Position numbers and translations under genes: made by a program. This document shows, piece by piece, positions 13,897-23,298 of a stretch of DNA of 28,851 nt. Where the stretch lies: positions 1-28,851 of the IMG/VR virus record IMGVR_UViG_3300027804_000176. The stretch is one strand, 5' to 3'. Every line of letters begins with the position of its first letter. Within the stretch, counting starts at the first letter, position 1. Source of the stretch: a virus. Its lineage: Duplodnaviria > Caudoviricetes. The notes beneath the pieces were generated by a model, which made no database searches, had not been told where the DNA came from, and worked only from the letters and a program-made list of their open reading frames with translations.

Positions 13897-16643
13897 TGGC
13901 AAACCCAATACTACCCGTTCAATCTGGCGCCAATTTACCCGGCCTTGAAACCGAACAAAATATTGCAGAGGCGGCCGCGCAAGATGCGGAGATGGACTAC
14001 TACGAAGAGACACTGGGACTAGAACCTGGCGACGTTGAAGAAGAAGTCATCGAGTTAGAAGACGGCTCGGTTGTTATCAACTACCAAGAAAAACAAAGCC
14101 CACGCAAGAACCCCGAGTTTTACGAAAACCTGGCCGAAGTGCTTGACGAAGGCACACTACAGGCACTGGCCACTGAATATTTAGATTTAATTGACGTTGA
14201 CAAAGAGTCACGTTCACAGAGAGACAAACAGTATGAAGAAGGACTGCGTAGAACTGGGCTTGGAAAAGATGCGCCTGGAGGGGCGACGTTTGACGGTGCT
14301 TCCAAGGTGGTGCACCCGGTTATGGCAGAGGCCTGCGTTGACTTCGCTGCGTCAACGGCTAAGGAATTACTTCCACCCGATGGCTTAGTTAAGTCTAACA
14401 TTAAGGGCGAGGCGGACAGATTAAAAGAAGAGACGGCAGATCGTAAGGTTAACTTCCTTAACTGGCAGTTAAGCGAGCAGGTACCCGAGTATCGCGACGA
14501 GATGGAGCAATTGTTAACTCAGTTGCCACTAGGCGGCTCACAGTTCCTTAAGTGGCGCTGGGACGAAGAGCAAAAGCGTCCAATCTGCGAATGGGTTGCA
14601 ATTGACAACATATTGTTACCATACTCGTCTACTAACTTCTACACCGCGCAACGTGTAACCGAAGTACAAGACATCACCGAAGATACATTTTTGCAACGTG
14701 TTGAGGCCGGTATCTACATCGACATCGACAGCGAGTATTCGTCTGACGCGCCGTTAAACGATCAGACAAGATCTGAAAAGGCAAACAACAAGATCGAGGG
14801 CAAAGACATGCCCTCCAAAAACATCGACGGATTGCGTCGTGTTTATGAGATTACATGCTTCATGCGTTTGGATGAAGATGACCAAACTGGCGGACAGCGT
14901 GCCCCATACATTTTAATGATTGATGAGACCACAAGCAAAGTCTTGGGTCTGTATCGTAACTGGGAAGCAAATGATGAGAAGTTTGAAAAACTGGACTGGT
15001 ATGTCGAGTTTAAATTTATCCCTTGGCGTGGCGCTTATGCTATTGGCCTTCCCCATCTTATTGGCGGCCTTAGCGCTGCTCTCACTGGCGCTCTACGTGC
15101 TCTCCTTGATGCGGCGCATATTAACAATTCCCAAACGCTACTTAAGCTCAAGGGTGGACGAATTGGTGGCCAAAGCGATCGAATCGAACCTACGCAAGTA
15201 GTAGAAATTGAGGGAGCACCTGGCGTTGATGACGTTCGCAAAATTGCGATGCCAATGCCGTTTAACCAACCGTCCAGCGTATTGTTTAACTTACTGGGCT
15301 GGTTAACTGATGCAGCCAAGGGTGTTGTTACCACCGCAGAGGAAAAGATCGGCGAGGCAAACAACAACATGCCGGTTGGTACGGCCCAGGCACTTATTGA
15401 GCAAGGCGCTAAGGTATTCTCCAGCATTCACGCACGACTACACCGCAGCCAGGCTAAGTCACTAGCAATTATTTCACGCATTAACCACTGGTACCTGGCC
15501 GACATGGACAATCAGTCCGGCGAGGCAATTGAGGTTCGTGACTTTGCGTACAACAACGACGTACGCCCAGTATCAGACCCCAACATTTTCTCTGAGACAC
15601 AACGTCTAGCTCAGAACCAGGCCATCCTTCAAATGGCAACATCGGCACCCCCTGGAATGTTTGACATTCGTGCGGCCTACCGAAGAGTTTTAAATCAGTT
15701 AAAAGTTCCTAACGTTGACGAGATATTGCCAAACCCATTAGGAGCAAAAGAATCCAATCCTGCGCTAGAAAACGTTGCCATGACCATGGGACGTCCCGCC
15801 GCAGCATACCCAGACCAAGACCACATCAGCCATATCAAGATTCACCTAGAGTATGCGATGAACCCTGCGTATGGTGGCAATCCAGTGATTGGACCAACAT
15901 TTGCACCCAACGCGTTAGAGCACATTAAACAACATTTAACGCTGCACTATTTGCAGTCCATGCGCGCGTACGTGGCACAGGCATCTGGTGGCAAAGATAC
16001 GCTAGAATTGCACCAAGAGAAGCCACTAGACTTAGAAGCTCAGCAGGCCCTGGCGCTGGCCTCACAGATGGTTGGACAAGATTCGCAAATGATTATGCAG
16101 CCATACGTACAACAAATCCAGGCACTGGCCCAAAAAGTTGCGCAGGCCCAGCAGTCTAAGATGGAACAGATTGCGTCCCAGGACCCAACCGCCCAGGTTA
16201 TACTCAAGACCCAGATGGCTGAAACTCAGCGCAAACAGCAAGAGGCTCAGTTTAAGATGCAGATGGAGCAGTCAAAAGCTCAACAAGACTACGAGCTTAA
16301 GATAGCCGAGTTACAGCGTAAAGTGCTGGAGCTACAGGGCAAGTACGAGGTGCAGACCGAGCTGGATAACCAGAAGAACTCTACCAACGTCGCAATTAAC
16401 AGCATGAACAACTCCTCGCGCGAGCGGGTAGCCGCCATGCAAACCCAGGCACAACTAACAAACCAAGAGATTGCGCTGGCACAAGAGCAGGCGATGTTAG
16501 GCATCCAGGCAGTAAACGAGGCGGAGAAAGATATACGCCAGCACGGCATCGAGATAGAGCGGCAACATTTTTTAAACGAAGCTGAGGTAGCAAAACAGGC
16601 AGTACAGGCAGCACTACAACCAAAACCCACCACAGGAGCATAA
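13896..16643 (+). CDS. Portal protein (podovirus-type, long Gln-rich coiled-coil C-terminus)
   Basis: Position after terL; 915 aa; GASKVVHPVMAEA, FIPWRGAYAIGL, PVGTAQALIEQG, PVSDPNIFS patterns. Confidence 0.88.
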   Translation: MANPILPVQSGANLPGLETEQNIAEAAAQDAEMDYYEETLGLEPGDVEEEVIELEDGSVVINYQEKQSPRKNPEFYENLAEVLDEGTLQALATEYLDLIDVDKESRSQRDKQYEEGLRRTGLGKDAPGGATFDGASKVVHPVMAEACVDFAASTAKELLPPDGLVKSNIKGEADRLKEETADRKVNFLNWQLSEQVPEYRDEMEQLLTQLPLGGSQFLKWRWDEEQKRPICEWVAIDNILLPYSSTNFYTAQRVTEVQDITEDTFLQRVEAGIYIDIDSEYSSDAPLNDQTRSEKANNKIEGKDMPSKNIDGLRRVYEITCFMRLDEDDQTGGQRAPYILMIDETTSKVLGLYRNWEANDEKFEKLDWYVEFKFIPWRGAYAIGLPHLIGGLSAALTGALRALLDAAHINNSQTLLKLKGGRIGGQSDRIEPTQVVEIEGAPGVDDVRKIAMPMPFNQPSSVLFNLLGWLTDAAKGVVTTAEEKIGEANNNMPVGTAQALIEQGAKVFSSIHARLHRSQAKSLAIISRINHWYLADMDNQSGEAIEVRDFAYNNDVRPVSDPNIFSETQRLAQNQAILQMATSAPPGMFDIRAAYRRVLNQLKVPNVDEILPNPLGAKESNPALENVAMTMGRPAAAYPDQDHISHIKIHLEYAMNPAYGGNPVIGPTFAPNALEHIKQHLTLHYLQSMRAYVAQASGGKDTLELHQEKPLDLEAQQALALASQMVGQDSQMIMQPYVQQIQALAQKVAQAQQSKMEQIASQDPTAQVILKTQMAETQRKQQEAQFKMQMEQSKAQQDYELKIAELQRKVLELQGKYEVQTELDNQKNSTNVAINSMNNSSRERVAAMQTQAQLTNQEIALAQEQAMLGIQAVNEAEKDIRQHGIEIERQHFLNEAEVAKQAVQAALQPKPTTGA

Positions 16644-16644
16644 C

Positions 16645-16863
16645 ATGGCCGAAAATTTAAAAGGCTTCCGTCAAACATACCAGGAGACTGGTCAACTATC
16701 TAGCGGCGGCGGCCCAGAAGACAAAACCCTAGACGCTGGCGCGTCTGGTAGCCACCGCGACAACAACTGGAAGCGGGGCGCAGCCCAAGCTAAATTAAGA
16801 AATGGCAAGCCAGTCGGTCCAGGCAAAAATCTTAATGAACTTAAAGGCGGCAATTTTTATTAA
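16645..16863 (+). CDS. Small basic hypothetical protein
   Basis: ORF track; AGGAG SD. Confidence 0.7.
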   Translation: MAENLKGFRQTYQETGQLSSGGGPEDKTLDAGASGSHRDNNWKRGAAQAKLRNGKPVGPGKNLNELKGGNFY

Positions 16864-16868
16864 TTTTA

Positions 16869-16905
16869 GGGCGGAATCCTTCATATACTTGCATTAGTGA
16901 GATTA
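16869..16905 (+). promoter_or_regulatory. Phage late promoter (GGGC-N17-TGCATTAGT), leaderless
   Basis: GGGC 16869-16872, TGCATTAGT 16890-16898; predicted +1 is the A of ATG 16905. Confidence 0.75.
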
Positions 16906-17099
16906 TGAAGGACTTTTTATCTGAAATTATCGGTCGTGTAAAGGCTGAGCAAAAATCACTAGCGGAATCCGTTACCGCGGGAACTAACGTAAATTCGTTT
17001 GAGGACTACCAGAGATTGGTTGGCCGACACGAGGGTTTTAAGATTACGTTGGATATTATTAACGAGATTTTAACGGAAGACGACGAAGACGAATCGTAA
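16905..17099 (+). CDS. Small head-module protein (G...SFEDYQRLVG..EG motif)
   Basis: 64-aa ORF between the portal and GroES-like genes. Confidence 0.75.
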   Translation: MKDFLSEIIGRVKAEQKSLAESVTAGTNVNSFEDYQRLVGRHEGFKITLDIINEILTEDDEDES

Positions 17100-17121
17100 G
17101 ATTCAAGAAAGGAGATGCCGC

Positions 17122-17562
17122 ATGGCATTTGATATATCACAAAAGGAAGACCCAGATCTTCGTTCGGAAGCGGAATGCTTTCCAGACATAGATCCAGGTA
17201 TTGAAGTAGCCGGAGACCGCGTGTTAGTACAATTACGACGGGAGAAGGCAAAAAGTAAGGGCGGAATCATTTTAGTTGACGAAACCCGACAGACGTTACG
17301 TTTCAATGAGACTGTAGCTAAGGTACGCCAGATTGGCCCACTAGCATATAAGTCGCCAGATACCTTAGAGCCTTGGATTGAAGGCCCCTGGTGTAAAGAA
17401 GGCGATTTGGTTAGAACCATCAAGTACGGCGGTGACCGTTTCGTTGTTAATCCGGATGATGATGGCTCCCCCGTGGTGTTTATTACCATCCAGGCACGTG
17501 AAATCATCTCACGCATCAAGTCGTTTGACCACGCGCAGAAGATGAAAGCGTTTGTAGACTAA
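17122..17562 (+). CDS. groES: GroES/Cpn10-like co-chaperonin
   Basis: GDRVLVQ...KSKGGIILVD...AKVRQIGP...KEGDLV...KYGG. Confidence 0.85.
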   Translation: MAFDISQKEDPDLRSEAECFPDIDPGIEVAGDRVLVQLRREKAKSKGGIILVDETRQTLRFNETVAKVRQIGPLAYKSPDTLEPWIEGPWCKEGDLVRTIKYGGDRFVVNPDDDGSPVVFITIQAREIISRIKSFDHAQKMKAFVD

Positions 17563-17577
17563 TTTTGAAAGAAAATT

Positions 17578-18576
17578 ATGGCAGATAATGAAAAAGACGT
17601 TCCAATTAAAGAACAAGATGACGGCTCCGTTTTAGCCAAACTGGAAGAGCATATTGATCATTTTCCAGAAGAAGAAAAAGAAAAACAAAAAGATAATGCT
17701 GTCGAAGACAGCGATCAGGACGACGATGAGCCCGTAGAAGCCGCTGAAAGTGGTGAGGTGGACTCTGATCCTGAAGAGACCGACGAAGACCGCGAAAAGA
17801 TTCGAGAGGCGCGCAGAGAAGAGCGTAGACTCAAAAAAGAATTAAATAAACAACGCGACGCAACGTCCCGCAACAAAATTAGTGCACTCGAGCGACGTAA
17901 TGCTGAATTAGCAGAGCGTTTAATTAAGCTAGAGAACACCGCGGCATCGTATCAGTTTGCACAGATCGATAAGGCAATCGAAGACGAGGCAACTCGTGTA
18001 GAGTACGCCAAGATGAAAATGTTGCAGGCCGCACAAGAAAATGATGCGGCGGGACAGGTAGAGTACTTAGAGCAGTTAACAGACGCAAAACAGCGACTAC
18101 AACAAGCTCAGTACTACAAAAAACAACAAATCGAGCAGGCAAAAGCTCCCAAGCAAAACGTACCAACCCCGATTGCAGAAGAAGTACAACGCAACGCGAC
18201 CCAGTGGTTAAAGAAAAACTCTTGGTACGACCCGCAGGCTCGAGACACAGATAGTAGAATCGCCAAGGTAATTGATCAAGAACTCGCCCAAGATGGCTGG
18301 GATCCAAGTGATTCCGAGTACTGGGAAGAGTTAGACAATCGTTTATCGGCACGTCTGCCACACCGCTACACAGCAAAGGGCGGTCAGCAAACCCGTAGAG
18401 CGGGGCCAACGGCTTCTAGCCGGGTGGCAAACACAACCAGCGCAAAACCTGGAACCATCACGCTAAGCCGTGACCGCGTTCAGGCAATTAAAGACGCGGG
18501 TGCATGGGACGATGTTGAGAAACGAAACAAAATGATCCGCGCATACGCATCGTATGATCGCGCTAACAAAGGATAA
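17578..18576 (+). CDS. Probable capsid scaffolding protein
   Basis: Acidic N-terminus, long coiled coil, W...N.W motif; lies upstream of the capsid genes. Confidence 0.7.
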   Translation: MADNEKDVPIKEQDDGSVLAKLEEHIDHFPEEEKEKQKDNAVEDSDQDDDEPVEAAESGEVDSDPEETDEDREKIREARREERRLKKELNKQRDATSRNKISALERRNAELAERLIKLENTAASYQFAQIDKAIEDEATRVEYAKMKMLQAAQENDAAGQVEYLEQLTDAKQRLQQAQYYKKQQIEQAKAPKQNVPTPIAEEVQRNATQWLKKNSWYDPQARDTDSRIAKVIDQELAQDGWDPSDSEYWEELDNRLSARLPHRYTAKGGQQTRRAGPTASSRVANTTSAKPGTITLSRDRVQAIKDAGAWDDVEKRNKMIRAYASYDRANKG

Positions 18577-18581
18577 TTATC

Positions 18582-19136
18582 ATGGCAAATACAAGAATCA
18601 AACGCGACTTAGAAGATCGTTTAATGGATCGAGTCGAAGAAGTAAAAGACCGTATGGCATCGGAAGATCCAAACGCAAAATCAAAGCGCGAACGTGCAGA
18701 GGCGTTCAGAGATAAATGGCAAAATAGCGCGTTGCCAGACCTTCCAGCCGGAGCAATCCCTGGATTCCATTTGTGTTGGCTATCCACCACAAATAATTAT
18801 GACAGTATCGACAAACGCATGGCGTTGGGTTATGAGCCAGTGAAAGCCGCAGAATTAGGAAAAGGCTTTGAATCGCTAGGTAAAATGAGCTCGGGCAAGT
18901 TTGAAGGCTGTGTTAGCTGTAACGAAATGGTTCTCTTCAAATTACCAGAAGAAATCTATCAAGAAGTGATGCGTATGCTGCACCTTGAGGATCCCCTCGA
19001 GCACCAGCGTAACATTACCGCAGCCGTCCGGAGCACTGCTCAGGAAGGTAAGGGCGGTAGATCAATTCTTGAGGGTGGAATTTTGGAAATGGACAAAGAG
19101 GCCGCAAAGGCGAATAGTAATATTCGTTTCTCATAA
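18582..19136 (+). CDS. Head-module hypothetical protein
   Basis: 184-aa ORF (PGFHLCW...RMALGYEPV) between scaffold and capsid genes. Confidence 0.75.
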   Translation: MANTRIKRDLEDRLMDRVEEVKDRMASEDPNAKSKRERAEAFRDKWQNSALPDLPAGAIPGFHLCWLSTTNNYDSIDKRMALGYEPVKAAELGKGFESLGKMSSGKFEGCVSCNEMVLFKLPEEIYQEVMRMLHLEDPLEHQRNITAAVRSTAQEGKGGRSILEGGILEMDKEAAKANSNIRFS

Positions 19137-19169
19137 CATTCTTCAAAAATTAACAAAGGAAAACTATAA

Positions 19170-19832
19170 ATGTCCACAACATTTAAACCCTTTGGTCTGA
19201 AGCCGGTGTATCATCCAAGTGGTCTTGATCGTGCTGTTCCATTCGTTGGAACCAACACTTTCGTCACTGGTACTACATTTACAGCTCCTTACTCTTTGAG
19301 TGCTGGCGAAACTTTTTACCAGTACCAACCAGTAAGCCTTACCGCTTCGGGTCAATTGACCATTGCAAACCAAACCGCCGCCTCTGGCACCGTGTACGGC
19401 GTATTTGACGGTGTAGAGTATACAACCGCTGAAGGTCGTCGCACCGTAGGTAAGTCTGCATCTAAGGCAACCCTTGACGCCGCCACACAAATCGTATTCT
19501 GGATCTTTGCAGACCCAGCAATCGTTTACGAGGCACAAGTTAATGGTTCCGCATCTACCGGCTCTATCGGTCGTCAGTACAACTTTGATACAACCACAGG
19601 TTCAAGAGTAACCGACGGTTATACCATTGGTACAGGCGGCGCTGGCTTCTCCACCACAGCATTGTTGGCAACCCCTGTTGCTACCACTGTTCAAGGACAA
19701 GTTCGCGTAGTAGGTCTAGGCCGTGAAGTAGCTTACCCAACAGGCGAGTTAAACGCTTGGGGTGACACATTCACGATTGTTCAGGTCCAAATCGCTAACA
19801 ACACGTTTGTAGCGCCTAAGGTCTCGATTTAA
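19170..19832 (+). CDS. Probable capsid decoration/minor capsid protein
   Basis: PFGLKPV N-terminus, GVFDGVEY, DP..VYEAQ; Thr/Gly-rich; immediately before the major capsid gene. Confidence 0.65.
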   Translation: MSTTFKPFGLKPVYHPSGLDRAVPFVGTNTFVTGTTFTAPYSLSAGETFYQYQPVSLTASGQLTIANQTAASGTVYGVFDGVEYTTAEGRRTVGKSASKATLDAATQIVFWIFADPAIVYEAQVNGSASTGSIGRQYNFDTTTGSRVTDGYTIGTGGAGFSTTALLATPVATTVQGQVRVVGLGREVAYPTGELNAWGDTFTIVQVQIANNTFVAPKVSI

Positions 19833-19854
19833 TTAATAACGAAAGGAACTAAAC

Positions 19855-20772
19855 ATGGCAACCCCAATGCGTAGTACAGACTTTCGTGCGGTAGTCGAGC
19901 CGATTATCAACGAAGTCTTTGATGGCGTTTATGAACAACGCGCTGACGAGTGGAAAGGATTTGTAGAGCAGATCCAAGGTATTCCACGTAATTATCACGA
20001 AGAAGTAATGCTGTTCGGTATGAATGCCGCACCTGCGATGCCTGACGGAACTCCTGTCAGCTATGACCAGGGTGGTACTCTGTACATCACACGTTTCATC
20101 TATCAAATCTATGGCTTGGCATATGCCTTGACCAAGGTATTGATGGAAGACGGTGATCACATCCGTATCGGCAGCACCTTCGCCAAGCACTTAGCTCAGT
20201 CTATGATTGAGACCAAAGAAACATTGTGCGCTAACTTATTAAACTTTGCATTCACAGCCGGCTATGTTGGCGGTGACGGCGTAACTTTAGTAAACACAGC
20301 CCACCCTGTAGCTAACGGTCTGACATACAGCAACCAGTTAAGCACTGCTGCTAGCTTGTCACAGACTTCTGTTGAGCAGATCCTCATCCAGATCCGCAGC
20401 GCTATTGACAACAATGGTAAGCGTATCCGTTTGAAGGCAGAGCAGTTAGTAGTTCCCCCAGCACTCGAGTTCCAGGCAGAGGTAATCCTCAAGTCTGTTC
20501 TCCGTTCTGGTACTGCTGACAATGATCTCAACCCAATCAAGTCCACTGGAATGCTTCCAAAGGGTACACACGTTGTAACCCGTTTGAGCTCTTCCAAGGC
20601 ATGGTGGGTACAGACCGATGCTGAGAATGGTCTCATGCTCGTAATGCGTCGTCCAATGGAGAAATCCATGGAAGGTGATTTCGAGACTGATTCTATGCGC
20701 TACAAAGCCACCGAGCGTTATGCGACCGGCTGGCACGATGCCCGTAACATCTACGGCACCGCTGGCGTTTAA
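19855..20772 (+). CDS. Major capsid protein (HK97 fold, Mu gpT-like)
   Basis: 305 aa; GGDGVTL...HP, LVVPPALEFQAEVILKS, YKATERY..GW; strong SD; followed by a terminator. Confidence 0.88.
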   Translation: MATPMRSTDFRAVVEPIINEVFDGVYEQRADEWKGFVEQIQGIPRNYHEEVMLFGMNAAPAMPDGTPVSYDQGGTLYITRFIYQIYGLAYALTKVLMEDGDHIRIGSTFAKHLAQSMIETKETLCANLLNFAFTAGYVGGDGVTLVNTAHPVANGLTYSNQLSTAASLSQTSVEQILIQIRSAIDNNGKRIRLKAEQLVVPPALEFQAEVILKSVLRSGTADNDLNPIKSTGMLPKGTHVVTRLSSSKAWWVQTDAENGLMLVMRRPMEKSMEGDFETDSMRYKATERYATGWHDARNIYGTAGV

Positions 20773-20791
20773 TTAGCACCTCCGTAGTCCT

Positions 20792-20820
20792 AAAAGCCAC
20801 CCCACAAGGGTGGCTTTTTT
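20792..20820 (+). terminator. Intrinsic terminator after the major capsid gene
   Basis: AAAAGCCACCC-CACAA-GGGTGGC-TTTTTT. Confidence 0.9.
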
Positions 20821-20828
20821 ACTATTTG

Positions 20829-20865
20829 GGGCGCAATTGATCTAATATTTGCATTAGTAGTTATA
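20829..20865 (+). promoter_or_regulatory. Phage late promoter (GGGC-N17-TGCATTAGT)
   Basis: GGGC 20829-20832, TGCATTAGT 20850-20858, T/A at 20864/20865; directly after the terminator. Confidence 0.78.
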
Positions 20866-20940
20866 GGAAGATTAATCCCATCCTGACCACCGACCCTTCC
20901 CGGTGAGACGACTCAGAGACAGTTTGGGATACCCACTGAG
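20865..20940 (+). ncRNA. Candidate structured 5' leader RNA with two possible pseudoknots
   Basis: ATCCCA/TGGGAT, CTG/CAG and CACCG/CGGTG stems; GGAAG/CTTCC and CTCAG/CTGAG cross-pairings. Confidence 0.5.
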
Positions 20941-20953
20941 ATAAGGAAACATA

Positions 20954-21526
20954 ATGTCATCTACATTTACACAACCAATTCGTGTATTTAAGCGTAACAA
21001 CCCAACAAACGACGGCACAATCGCCCCAGACAACACCGGCGCCGTCCGTTTAAGTCAACAACAGTACATCACCAACCCAATTACCGCCGTTACCGCTGGT
21101 GCAACAACGTTAACAACGGCCGACATTGGAACAACCACCGCTGTCCCATTTGTATTACCGGCCGGCTCTATTATTGAGTCATTTGCGCTGTACCAAGACG
21201 TAGCCGCTGGTGGTTTAACTGGTGGCGTGATCACTGTATCGATCAGCATCACCAACCCATCAACTGGCGCCATTACTACCACCACCATTGGCACAATTAC
21301 CCCAACAGCGGCCGGTGGCCGTATCGCCGGTGCGTTTACCGCCAGCGCGGCAGTTGCCAACATCATCGAAAACATTGGACCACTTGACGCCACGTTGACG
21401 TTCTCTGCAGCAGCCGTGACAGTATTGTCAAGCGGCTCTTTGGGCGGCGTATTGGATGTTAACTACACGGCACGTAACAATGATGGCTCTATCATCGCCT
21501 ACGGTTCTGGTTATACCAATAACTAA
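20954..21526 (+). CDS. Virion structural protein (probable head decoration)
   Basis: Thr/Ala/Gly-rich; LPAGSII motif; AAGGA SD. Confidence 0.7.
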   Translation: MSSTFTQPIRVFKRNNPTNDGTIAPDNTGAVRLSQQQYITNPITAVTAGATTLTTADIGTTTAVPFVLPAGSIIESFALYQDVAAGGLTGGVITVSISITNPSTGAITTTTIGTITPTAAGGRIAGAFTASAAVANIIENIGPLDATLTFSAAAVTVLSSGSLGGVLDVNYTARNNDGSIIAYGSGYTNN

Positions 21527-21533
21527 TTAAGGT

Positions 21534-21555
21534 GGCGGGGCAACCCGCCTCTTTC
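21534..21555 (+). terminator. GNRA-capped hairpin, possible weak terminator
   Basis: GGCGGG-GCAA-CCCGCC-TCTTTC just after the stop codon. Confidence 0.5.
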
Positions 21556-21572
21556 ACCGTCTAGGAGAAATT

Positions 21573-21884
21573 ATGAGACAGCAAGTAGTATCAAAAACTG
21601 GAGTTGGTTCCAGCGCCACTATCCCAATGAATTTGGATTCAACTCCATTTAACGTTGGCTTTGGTGTTGTTGTAACTGGCACAGTAACTTATACCGTTCA
21701 GCATTCATTTGACAACCCATGGACAACAGCAAATCCCGTGTGGTTTGATCACCCAACAGTTGCGTCTGTAGTAGATGTTAACGCCGATGGTAACTATGCG
21801 TTCCCAGTGGCTGCAATTAAAGTTGCGGTTACATCTGGATCTGGCACAGCTACACTAACCGTAATACAAGCCGGTATCGCCTAA
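21573..21884 (+). CDS. Small beta-rich virion protein
   Basis: YTVQHSFD...WFDHP...NYAFPVAAI...VIQAG; AGGAG SD. Confidence 0.75.
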   Translation: MRQQVVSKTGVGSSATIPMNLDSTPFNVGFGVVVTGTVTYTVQHSFDNPWTTANPVWFDHPTVASVVDVNADGNYAFPVAAIKVAVTSGSGTATLTVIQAGIA

Positions 21885-21885
21885 T

Positions 21886-22128
21886 ATGCCATACGTTGGA
21901 TTCTCTGGCGTAGCAAATCAAGCAAACACCACCGACGGGTTCGCCCTCGGTGTTGGCGCTCAAAATGCTCCGGCGGCGGTAAACGAATTTGGATTAGACG
22001 TTGGCGACGGCGGCGTTGTAGATTTGTACCACAACGGCACACCGGTGGTGTATAGTTTTATATTAATGGAAAACTCAGGCTACGTGCGTGAGGAAGACAA
22101 TTCCAAAATTCAATTAGAGGTAGGCTAA
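21886..22128 (+). CDS. Small virion protein with C-terminal ILMENSGYVREED..IQLE motif
   Basis: ORF track; tightly packed with neighbours. Confidence 0.7.
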   Translation: MPYVGFSGVANQANTTDGFALGVGAQNAPAAVNEFGLDVGDGGVVDLYHNGTPVVYSFILMENSGYVREEDNSKIQLEVG

Positions 22129-22129
22129 A

Positions 22130-22684
22130 ATGGCAGACACAAAAATATCGGCAATGACCGCCGCAACAACTCCTTTAACTGGCGCGGAGTTAGTTCCACT
22201 AGTACAAAGTGGTGTAAACGTGCAAACGACTATAAGTACTATAAGCACTTTTACTCGTGGATACGGTAGTATTTATGTGGCCGGCGGTTCAACTGTGCAA
22301 ACAACAAGTGGAACAGCCAATACTTACACACAGGTCGCCGCATTTACTACGAACGGTGTTGCTGCCGGAGGCGTGACTCCTGTAGCCGCTTCCGATAAAC
22401 TTACTCTTGCAGCGGGTGTGTACTCGATAACTTTTAACGCATCGTTTACAGCTTCAAACAACCATACATTTTTATTTCGTTGTTTTAACTCAACGGCAGG
22501 CACTGCGTTTGTTAATACAGTCGGAAAAAATCACACCCAATCAACCGACCCGCATCAAGTTGGTTTTTCTGCAATAATTTCTGTTGCATCAACTTCTGAT
22601 GTAATTGTCCAGGTTGCTTCTACTGATACTAGCCAATCGTTTACAATTACTGACGCAAACTTTATTGCTTTAGCAATAGGATAG
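22130..22684 (+). CDS. Short fibre/decoration protein with a C1q/BclA-like beta domain
   Basis: N-terminal KISAM..ATTPLTGAELVPLVQSG motif; C-terminal AGVYSITFNASF strand pattern. Confidence 0.6.
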   Translation: MADTKISAMTAATTPLTGAELVPLVQSGVNVQTTISTISTFTRGYGSIYVAGGSTVQTTSGTANTYTQVAAFTTNGVAAGGVTPVAASDKLTLAAGVYSITFNASFTASNNHTFLFRCFNSTAGTAFVNTVGKNHTQSTDPHQVGFSAIISVASTSDVIVQVASTDTSQSFTITDANFIALAIG

Positions 22685-22685
22685 T

Positions 22686-23297
22686 ATGCCAGTCTACCTT
22701 GATACTCGAGGTAACAGCGTACTATCTGTAGCGATCTGTGATCGCTGTAGCAGGAAGTTTGCGTACACCGAACTCATGCCCGACCCCAACTTTCCGGGGA
22801 TGCGGGTGTGCAAGGACGACCTAGATAATTATGATCCCTGGCGCCTTCCTGCGCGCCAGACTGAAAACATCGCCTTGCGCTTCCCAAGACCTGACGTGTC
22901 TGTCGCAGTAACGCCCAACATGCTTAACACCCAGGGCAATCCAAACAACCCACAACAGTACAACAATATGTTCTTAGAGGGTATACTCCCAGCCGCTGCC
23001 GCACAGGGCGATCTAACGACCGCCAGCGGTGTCGACCCGACGCTAAGAATATCAATCAACTCCATCACGCCAAGTGTTGGAACTCGAATTGGTGGGTACA
23101 CAGCAAATATTTTAGGCAGCAACTTTAATAACATAGTAAGTGTAAGCGTTGGCGGCGCTCCCGCAGAGTTTAATGTGATTGACCCAAACAACATGCAGAT
23201 AACACTGCCACCGTATGGTGTGGCGGGGAATGTGACCATTATTGTGACTTCAAGAACAGACTCAACGATTGCGTTAAACATATTTAGGTACACCTAA
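22686..23297 (+). CDS. Virion protein with an N-terminal Cys motif and a C-terminal IPT/TIG Ig-like domain
   Basis: ICDRC...RVC..D.D..DP; [11 protein letters not shown]...GG....ILGSNF....V.VGG...F.V. Confidence 0.7.
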   Translation: MPVYLDTRGNSVLSVAICDRCSRKFAYTELMPDPNFPGMRVCKDDLDNYDPWRLPARQTENIALRFPRPDVSVAVTPNMLNTQGNPNNPQQYNNMFLEGILPAAAAQGDLTTASGVDPTLRISINSITPSVGTRIGGYTANILGSNFNNIVSVSVGGAPAEFNVIDPNNMQITLPPYGVAGNVTIIVTSRTDSTIALNIFRYT

Positions 23298-23298
23298 C

